Positions 19,001-25,831 of a DNA stretch of 30,456 nt are shown piece by piece. The position numbers were made by a program, and so were the translations under genes. The number at the start of each line of letters is the position of its first letter. Positions within the stretch are counted from its first letter, which is position 1. Under the pieces are notes generated by a model that did no database searches, was not told where the DNA came from, and was given only the letters and a program-made list of their open reading frames with translations. Source of the stretch: an uncultured Candidatus Bathyarchaeia archaeon (GTDB lineage Archaea > Thermoproteota > Bathyarchaeia > Bathyarchaeales > Bathycorpusculaceae); contig CAZHWL010000001.1 in the NCBI GenBank assembly GCA_964536035.1, forward strand, positions 1 through 30,456. Direction: 5' to 3'.

Positions 19001-19834
19001 ATGAAGCAGAAATTCAAGGTAGCACTAGCGCAGATCAGCTGTACGGTAGGAGAGAAGACCAAAAACCTGGAAACAATCGAAAGAGCAGTAACAGCTGCAA
19101 AAACGAATAACGCAGATATCGTGATTTTCCCAGAACTCTCGTTGACAGGCTATGTTGTTAGAGATCAGATTTACGAACTGGCTGAAACTATTCCTGGCCC
19201 CTCAACAACTGCGATAGAGAAAATAGCTCGCAAGACCAAGTCATACATAGTTTTTGGAATGCCTGAGCTTAGCGAAAAAACTCAGGCCACAATCTTCAAT
19301 GCAGCGGTTCTCGTAGGGCCAGAAGGCTTCATCGGTAAATATCGCAAGATGTATTTACCAACACACAGCGTATTCGAAGAAAAAAGATATTTCCGTCCAG
19401 GATATCAAACAGCAGTCTTTGACACGAACCTAGGAAAGATCGGTCTGATCATATGTTATGACATCTTCTTCCCAGAAGTGAGCAGACTAACGCGGCTGGA
19501 AGGCGCACAGCTGATCATTTGCATCTCCGCTTCACCTGCAGTAAGACGTACATTTTTTGAAACTCTGATATCAGCAAGGGCTATAGAAAATACTGCATTC
19601 ATAGCATACGTGAATCTAGTCGGCATTGAAGACGGCCTACAGTTTTGGGGAGGAAGCAGAATAGCAGGACCGCAGGGAAGAGTTATAGCCAAAGCGAAGT
19701 ATGATGAAGAAGACTTTGTAGTAGGTGAAATAGACTATTCAGATATTAGAGCTGTTGAAACGTTTGTGCCTACTTTAAGAGACTTGCGACCGGAAATCTT
19801 TGACAAGATGAAGGAAAGCGCTGAAAAACTGTAG
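19001..19834 (+). CDS. Nitrilase-superfamily carbon-nitrogen hydrolase (possible glutaminase subunit for NadE)
   Basis: Glu-Lys-Cys triad in FPEL, YRK and ICYD. Starts 7 nt after the nadE stop; start moved from 18947 to ATG 19001. Confidence 0.92.
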   Translation: MKQKFKVALAQISCTVGEKTKNLETIERAVTAAKTNNADIVIFPELSLTGYVVRDQIYELAETIPGPSTTAIEKIARKTKSYIVFGMPELSEKTQATIFNAAVLVGPEGFIGKYRKMYLPTHSVFEEKRYFRPGYQTAVFDTNLGKIGLIICYDIFFPEVSRLTRLEGAQLIICISASPAVRRTFFETLISARAIENTAFIAYVNLVGIEDGLQFWGGSRIAGPQGRVIAKAKYDEEDFVVGEIDYSDIRAVETFVPTLRDLRPEIFDKMKESAEKL

Positions 19835-19842
19835 AACTTTCT

Positions 19843-21015
19843 TCACTTGATCTCTTTCACTGCTCTTTCTATTCGGTCCAAAGCTTCTTCCAGCTTTTCA
19901 TAAGCAGATGCGTAGGAAATTCTGATGTATCCTTCACCATATTTGCCGAAAGCTGAGCCTGGAACCGTGACTACATGAGCTTTTTTTATTAGAAATTCTG
20001 AAAACTCTTCTGAGGATTTTCCCAGTTCCCTAATATTTGGGAAAGCATAGAAAGCTCCTTTAGGCAGTGAACAATGGAGACCTCTGATCTCATTAAGTCT
20101 TTTATGGACAAGGTGTCGTCGCCTGTCAAACTCTTTAACCATATCTTTGACAAAGTCTTGTTGCACCTTTAACGCCTTCAGCGCGGTATATTGCGAGATG
20201 CTGTTTACACAAGCCACTGCGTATTGATGTACAAGCCAGAGTGCTGAAATAAGTTCTTTAGGACCGTAGACATATCCGATCCGCAGGCCAGTCATAGCGT
20301 AAGTTTTCGAGAAAGAGGAAACAACTAGTGTGCGTTCACGCATCTCAGGCAATGTTGCCGCGCAATGGTGTTTCAGTCCGTCGTAGATCATTTTCTCATA
20401 CACTTCGTCAGATATCACTATCAAGTCATGTTCAACCGCAACCTTTGCCAAAGCTGCCATGTCACTATGTGACAGAACCCCGCCTGTAGGGTTGTTTGGA
20501 TAATTCAGGATTATCGCGCGTGACTTGTCTGTGATTAGCGATGTCACATCATCCAGTGATACCTTGAAGTCTCTTTCTTCCAAGAGTGGAACAGAAGTAG
20601 GCACACCGCCTGCAAGTCGAACCCCTGGCTCATAGAGTACAAATCCTGGGTTGGGAACGAGAACCTCGTCACCAGGATTTATCAAACCGAAGAGTGCACA
20701 GAAAATTGCCTCGGTTCCACCCACAGTAATCAGTATTTCAGAGCTTGGGTCATACTTCAAGCCGTATTCTTTGAAGGCTTTCTGAGCTAGCGCCTCACGC
20801 AACTCGGGAACACCATTCGTTGGTTCGTAGTGAGTTTTACCTTCTTTTGCTGCTTCACAACCTGCGTTCAGAACTTCTTTCGGTGGGCAAAAATCTGGTT
20901 CCCCGATACTTAAATTGATGGAATCCGGCATTTCGTTAGCCATTGCGAAGAAACGGCGTATTCCAGACGGCTTTATCCATTTTAGTCTTTCTGCTGGTCC
21001 GAATGGTGAATTCAC
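19843..21015 (-). CDS. Class I/II PLP aminotransferase (aspartate aminotransferase-like)
   Basis: LSIGEPDF, NYPNNPTG, SDEVYE, SSFSKTYAMTGLRIG and YIRISYA motifs. Start is GTG 21015 with a GAGGAG RBS, not 21135. Confidence 0.95.
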   Translation of the reverse strand: MNSPFGPAERLKWIKPSGIRRFFAMANEMPDSINLSIGEPDFCPPKEVLNAGCEAAKEGKTHYEPTNGVPELREALAQKAFKEYGLKYDPSSEILITVGGTEAIFCALFGLINPGDEVLVPNPGFVLYEPGVRLAGGVPTSVPLLEERDFKVSLDDVTSLITDKSRAIILNYPNNPTGGVLSHSDMAALAKVAVEHDLIVISDEVYEKMIYDGLKHHCAATLPEMRERTLVVSSFSKTYAMTGLRIGYVYGPKELISALWLVHQYAVACVNSISQYTALKALKVQQDFVKDMVKEFDRRRHLVHKRLNEIRGLHCSLPKGAFYAFPNIRELGKSSEEFSEFLIKKAHVVTVPGSAFGKYGEGYIRISYASAYEKLEEALDRIERAVKEIK

Positions 21016-21160
21016 TTTATTCTCCTCATTAAGCAATGCAGACATTTCAATAAATCGTTTGTGCCTGTACCGCGTGCTTTCTCGCATAAAGGCGACAGTC
21101 TTAAAAGCGGAGCCTGTATACAGAACCGTATCCATTCAGCATAATCCGGGGAGTCAAAGT

Positions 21161-21640
21161 TTGAAGCTAAAAGAAAGCGTTCAGGCATGGTTGCAGGGCT
21201 CAGTTAGTGACCCCATTGTGGCAATACTTGCTAAAAATAGCCATTTAACGCGAACGCAGCTTGAAACACTGCTCATTGACATTTTATCGGAGAATTTCTC
21301 AGGCAAACAGCTAAAATATGATGAAAAAGCCAAATTAAGGCTAACAAAGGCACAAATAAGCCGCGGTGCGTTCAATAGGACATTAAAACAGGCTAAGGAT
21401 AACGTAATAAAATCAATCTATACCGTCTTACTTCTGGGCTATTTGGGAGTATTCGAGGACACAACTCTTGACCCGTACCTTGAGGTGGCAAACAAATTGC
21501 ATACATACGTGGAGGCATACAAAGACATACCAAATAAGAATGCAGAACTGAGTGACCATCTAAAAGTCATAGAAATGATCAGAGAAGAGCTTGAAACGAG
21601 CCTAAAACAGCTTTCCAGTCCATCAGAAGGCATGACGTGA
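21161..21640 (+). CDS. Conserved hypothetical protein with probable HTH (159 aa)
   Basis: LTRTQLETL...KAKLR...ISRGAFNRTLKQA resembles a sigma-region-4/Tfx-type HTH. The 20915 start overlaps the aminotransferase, so TTG 21161 was chosen. Confidence 0.72.
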   Translation: MKLKESVQAWLQGSVSDPIVAILAKNSHLTRTQLETLLIDILSENFSGKQLKYDEKAKLRLTKAQISRGAFNRTLKQAKDNVIKSIYTVLLLGYLGVFEDTTLDPYLEVANKLHTYVEAYKDIPNKNAELSDHLKVIEMIREELETSLKQLSSPSEGMT

Positions 21641-21932
21641 TATCACAAATCACGCAAAAAAAGCGCAAAGTGTGACATGAGAAGAGCACCGTCTGGAAAG
21701 GGGTATAAATCGCTTTTTTATCAAAACAAAGCCAAAAATGAGAAGATTCAAGAAAGAGTCATCATGTGTTGAGTTGGCTTTACTTTCACGGAAACTGTGA
21801 CGTGTGACGTCATAGAACCATGGCCTAATGGAAGAGACCATAAGATTTAAATGAAATATCATGAGATTGTGATGTGTGATGCAACAGTGGCAGTGTCACA
21901 TATAATCACGTCGAAATCACAGGAGTTCGTGA
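21636..21932. repeat. Array of 13 YGTGA/TCACR motifs in both orientations (operator- or centromere-like)
   Basis: Counted by hand at 21636, 21643, 21650, 21671, 21786, 21796, 21803, 21868, 21875, 21896, 21906, 21917 and 21928. Includes tandem heptamers TGTGACG x2 and TGTGATG x2 and palindromes GTGATATCAC and TGACGTCA. Confidence 0.8.
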
Positions 21933-21933
21933 G

Positions 21934-22644
21934 ATGGAGTATCTTCTAGCACTTGTAGGAATTTTGCTTGGAATTACGGCTATTATGGCGGGTGTGTGCT
22001 ACAGATTGCTACGTAAAGCGAAAAGAGATTATGAGAAAGCAAAAGACGCTGTCAAAGACATTGTTCTAAGCTTCAATAGGCAGATTAGAAATGAAGCCGA
22101 GAAGATTGCACTTGTCGCATATAAAATGGAAGCCCTCTCGTCGAAGAGCGATAGTGCTCTAAAAAAAGCAGATGAGGCGGTTAAGGTAGCTCAGACAATG
22201 GAAGCTAAAGTCACTTCAGTGTTGGAAGCAAGAGACAAAATGTTGACGAGACTTGACGAGGTTGACAAAAAAGTGTGTGATGTCACCACGTCACAATCTT
22301 CAATCTCTGCAAAGATCACAAGTTTGGAAAACCAAGCAAGGCAGTTTGCACTTGCTCCTGAACCAAATGTTGAGGCGGTAATCCCCATCAAAAGAGATAA
22401 AGCTCTCGCGCCTCTCACGGAGACAGAGTTATCTGTCCTAGAAATGTTAACCTCTGAAGGACCGAAGACTGCTCCTGAGACCAAAGACAGAGTAAAACTA
22501 AGCAGAGAACATACCGCTCGCCTCATGAAGAAACTCTATGAGGGAGGTTACCTGGAAAGAGAAACAGGAAAAATTCCTTTCAAATATAGCGTCAAGAAGG
22601 AAATGGAGAAACTGCTAAAGAAGGTTGAGGATCAAGCATCATAG
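21934..22644 (+). CDS. Membrane-anchored coiled-coil protein with C-terminal winged helix
   Basis: N-terminal TM (YLLALVGILLGITAIMAGVCY) followed by RLLRKAKR; about 110 aa of heptad-rich helix; LTETELSVLEML...LSREHTARLMKKLYEGGYLER wHTH; GGAG RBS. Confidence 0.85.
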   Translation: MEYLLALVGILLGITAIMAGVCYRLLRKAKRDYEKAKDAVKDIVLSFNRQIRNEAEKIALVAYKMEALSSKSDSALKKADEAVKVAQTMEAKVTSVLEARDKMLTRLDEVDKKVCDVTTSQSSISAKITSLENQARQFALAPEPNVEAVIPIKRDKALAPLTETELSVLEMLTSEGPKTAPETKDRVKLSREHTARLMKKLYEGGYLERETGKIPFKYSVKKEMEKLLKKVEDQAS

Positions 22645-22711
22645 GTTACACTAACGACGGTTTTTTCTGTGTTTTAAGCTCTCTCGATTGCCTTTCCTTA
22701 CTAGAGAGCCG

Positions 22712-23257
22712 CTACGTTTCAGGGACGTCATAATCTGGTCTTCTGCTTCTCTCCAAGTATTCTGGATAATGTGTTACTTTTATGGATACTGCGAACCTTA
22801 TTTTTGGTTCAGATATCAATAATGCTTCGCCCGAGAGAAGAGTTAAAGCTGTCTGGCTTTCCATTTCAATCCTAAAATCTTGCAGGTAACTCCTGTGTAC
22901 ATGTGCATTTCCAACAGCTGTACAGATTCGCTCGCCATAACCCCAATTAACATTGCGTCCTTCTACGATTGCATGTAGAATGCATGAGGTATACTCACCA
23001 GTTGTTTGCCCGCTTAAGCGTCCTTGTCGCGCAGTCAACAGCCAAGAAACTTCCAGAGAAGTAGCCTGTTTTTTTAAAGGTTTTATTAGGGTAACATCTG
23101 CCTTCGTGTTTACTGGTGGCTCTTCTTTGGTCTCAATGGGACCTGCAATTCGGCCATTATTAACATAGGTCTTGAGCTTTCGCTCCAGATCAAAGAAGTC
23201 TCTTTTAACAGTCCGGTCTATCGATCTCCCCTCAGCAGATAGTGGGGTAGTCTCCAA
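22712..23257 (-). CDS. Hypothetical protein (181 aa), no recognisable family
   Basis: An open frame filling the gap between two genes, co-oriented with 23300..23755 (42 bp gap); TTG start. Confidence 0.55.
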   Translation of the reverse strand: METTPLSAEGRSIDRTVKRDFFDLERKLKTYVNNGRIAGPIETKEEPPVNTKADVTLIKPLKKQATSLEVSWLLTARQGRLSGQTTGEYTSCILHAIVEGRNVNWGYGERICTAVGNAHVHRSYLQDFRIEMESQTALTLLSGEALLISEPKIRFAVSIKVTHYPEYLERSRRPDYDVPET

Positions 23258-23299
23258 CTATAAAATTGTTGCACTTTTGATTACCGTTTCTGCTCGAGT

Positions 23300-23755
23300 C
23301 TAGTTTTCTGGTAAATCTTTCTGTACGGGCATCGGTTGTTTGAATTGTATTTGCGGGGCCTTTTGAGCCAAATGATACTTCAGACTGTTCGCTGCGCCAG
23401 CCTTAACGAGCATGCCTTTCAAGGCCATCCGTGAGAGATATGTAGCCGCCGTGCTTAATCCTATGGGTTCCCTGAGCTCCTGCTCATACGCTGATTGTAA
23501 GTCCTTTGAAGAAAACCAAATAAGTTGGAAGTTTCTCTGAACAACCATACGAACCTTTTCACATTTAGACAGCTTCGGATCTACAATTGTTTGTTTTTGC
23601 TCAGTGTTGATGTTTTCGTTTGGCACTCCACCTAGAAGTTCTACTAGATCTAAGAGCCGGACAGCCTTGTCTCTAGTTATCTGGCCTTCGAAGGCTATTG
23701 TGTATCGATTGCCTTCGCTGTCGAATAGCTCTACACGCATTTTTCTTGCAGGCAT
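23300..23755 (-). CDS. Hypothetical two-domain protein with C-terminal winged helix, divergent from oriC
   Basis: Small N-terminal beta/alpha domain (MRVELFDSEGNRYTIAFEG...LLDLVELL), a polar linker, then FSSKDLQSAYEQ...IGLSTAATYLSRM..KGMLVK.G wHTH. Confidence 0.8.
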   Translation of the reverse strand: MPARKMRVELFDSEGNRYTIAFEGQITRDKAVRLLDLVELLGGVPNENINTEQKQTIVDPKLSKCEKVRMVVQRNFQLIWFSSKDLQSAYEQELREPIGLSTAATYLSRMALKGMLVKAGAANSLKYHLAQKAPQIQFKQPMPVQKDLPEN

Positions 23756-23954
23756 CTATACTGCCCATCTCTTCAAAGTGTTCACAACTTTACAATTCAC
23801 ATGTTATAGGTGTTGCGGTGAACGCACCATATCTAAAAAAGGCCGTAAAGAAACAGAAAAGGCAAAACGGGCAGATTTTGCAAAGACTTTGTCTAAACTA
23901 ACTTCACTACGGTTTTAGAATTTAAAAAAAAGTAAAACATGTGGCGCCCCGGTG

Positions 23955-24407
23955 TCTCCAGAAGAAATGAAGGGGTGGTTAGTTCACACAGAAGAAGCAT
24001 GAAAAACTCAAGAATTCTCAAAAGGAATTCAAAAACATTCACTAAAAAATCAACTTCACAAAGGCTTCACAAAAAAGTGAACTAAAGTGAATAGCCGCAG
24101 ATCAGCAATCACTAACCGTTTTAAAGCTAAACTACTTTGGTAGCTATTTGGCATTTCAGTTTTATGCTTATCACTAAAAAATTGGTGACAGGTTATGGGC
24201 CACCCCTTCATTTCTATTGGAAAGTGCGGAGTGCACATCACTTCAAAAAAACGCAGTGCAAACTTTTGTTAGTTCATCTAAATTCTTTAACAATCACAAT
24301 TATATCTTGTTTAATGTACTGACCTACTAGAGTATATTTATCAAGAAAGTAAATTAGCATTAATTCTCAACATCAAGAAAGGTTTTCCACTGGAATTATT
24401 GGGGTGG
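23955..24407. other. Probable chromosomal replication origin (oriC): ORB elements and AT-rich unwinding region
   Basis: ORB1 (+) TCCAGAAGAAATGAAGGGGTGG at 23957-23978; ORB2 (-) TCCAATAGAAATGAAGGGGTGG at 24200-24221, 20/22 identical to ORB1 and inverted; ORB3 (+) TCCACTGGAATTATTGGGGTGG at 24386-24407; AT-rich spacer; adjacent to cdc6. Confidence 0.88.
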
Positions 24408-24554
24408 GGCTACCATTGAAATAGATATTTGGGAGGCGCCATTATCCTTCTGTAAGATTGTCAACACGCGAATCGATTTTTTTGTACGGTATGACTTATT
24501 TTCTCCACACGAAGAAGAGGCGTTACCTTTGAAATTAGAGGGAGGAAGACGTGG

Positions 24555-25805
24555 TTGCAAGAAACAAATATCTTAGATGGCGTGTTTGAACGGTTTGTTA
24601 GTGAAGCGAGAGTGTTCAGAGATAGAGAAGTTCTTCGGCATGACTATTTGCCTAACCGATTACCTCATAGGGAGGAGCAAATTAGACAGCTTGGTGAGAC
24701 AGTGGCTCCGGTTTTGAAAGGAGCGCGCAGTTCGAACATTTTTATTTATGGCAAGACTGGCACGGGCAAAACAGCTGTGACAAAGTATGTTTTGAATCAT
24801 CTAGAAATTAAGGCGAAGGAACTCGGCGCGCCAATTAGGTTTTGTTATGTTAACTGCAGAATGGTGGGTTCTGAGTATAGGATCTTTGCAAGCCTATGCC
24901 AGACAATAGGAATCTCTGTCCCATTCACAGGCTTGTCCGTGGGTGAAGTTTTTGAGAGATTCCGCGCTGGCCTGGAGACTTCGCGGATTATTCTGATAAT
25001 AGTCTTGGATGAAGCGGATGCGTTGATAAAGGATCGCGGTGATGGCTTGCTTTATGAGTTGACGAGAATAAATGAGTCTTTACGGAGTAGTAAGGTATCG
25101 CTTATTGGAATCTCTAATGATCTCAGGCTCAAGGAATTTTTGGATCCACGGGTCTTGAGTTCACTTAGTGAGGAAGAAATGGTTTTCAGGCCTTATGATG
25201 CTGCTGAACTGAAACGTATTCTTTCTGAACGTGTAGCTACAGCTTTCTGCAAGGATGCCTTATCTGACTCAGCTCTAAGCTTGTGCTCAGCTTTGGCGGC
25301 GGCAGAACATGGTGACGCGCGGCGTGCGCTGGACTTGTTGCGGGTCGCTGGAGAGGTTGCAGAGCGGGCCAATGCTACTGTCGTGGTTGAGGATCATGTG
25401 CGGGAAGCTGAGAAGCGCATTGAGCACAACCGCGTCTTCGAAGGGCTGAAGAATCTGACTTTGCATTCGAAACTTGTGGTCTTAAGTGTTTATCACCTTA
25501 ACCGTGCAGAGGTTCATCGAGCAATTACTGGAGAGATCTTTGAAGTGTACAGTGAGGTCTGCGGGTTCATAGGGATGACACCATTAACACAACGCAGACT
25601 AGGCTCATTAGTTAACGAGCTTGATTCTATGGGCCTTCTGAACGCAAAAGTCGTGAGCATGGGTAGATATGGTCGAACCAAAAAAATCAGACTGGAAGTC
25701 TCCAGAGGAATAGTTAAAGATGTTTTTGGCACCGACGATAGGCTTGGGCGCTTAATCGAGTACGAACCAAAATGTCTAAAGAAAGGTGCAGATCGCGGCA
25801 AATAA
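24555..25805 (+). CDS. cdc6: Orc1/Cdc6 replication initiator
   Basis: LPHREEQI, Walker A GKTGTGKT, YVNC, Walker B VLDEAD, GDARRALDLL, and a C-terminal wH (GRYGRTK); GGAGG RBS. Confidence 0.97.
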   Translation: MQETNILDGVFERFVSEARVFRDREVLRHDYLPNRLPHREEQIRQLGETVAPVLKGARSSNIFIYGKTGTGKTAVTKYVLNHLEIKAKELGAPIRFCYVNCRMVGSEYRIFASLCQTIGISVPFTGLSVGEVFERFRAGLETSRIILIIVLDEADALIKDRGDGLLYELTRINESLRSSKVSLIGISNDLRLKEFLDPRVLSSLSEEEMVFRPYDAAELKRILSERVATAFCKDALSDSALSLCSALAAAEHGDARRALDLLRVAGEVAERANATVVVEDHVREAEKRIEHNRVFEGLKNLTLHSKLVVLSVYHLNRAEVHRAITGEIFEVYSEVCGFIGMTPLTQRRLGSLVNELDSMGLLNAKVVSMGRYGRTKKIRLEVSRGIVKDVFGTDDRLGRLIEYEPKCLKKGADRGK

Positions 25806-25831
25806 CCATTTGTTAATCAAACAGTGATGAG

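Noticed and set aside
232-20000. Many short antisense or overlapping ORFs in the track (e.g. 232..735, 2373..2780, 6703..7173, 14680..15183)
   Set aside because: They lie opposite or inside well-supported genes and carry no family motifs.
20915-21160. N-terminal extension of the 241-aa ORF and the 21135 start of the aminotransferase
   Set aside because: The two extensions overlap each other. Better starts with sensible spacing exist at 21161 (+) and 21015 (-).
21636-21932. Repeat array as a CRISPR locus
   Set aside because: The repeats are 5-7 bp, irregularly spaced and in both orientations. There are no 24-47 bp direct repeats with unique spacers and no cas genes.
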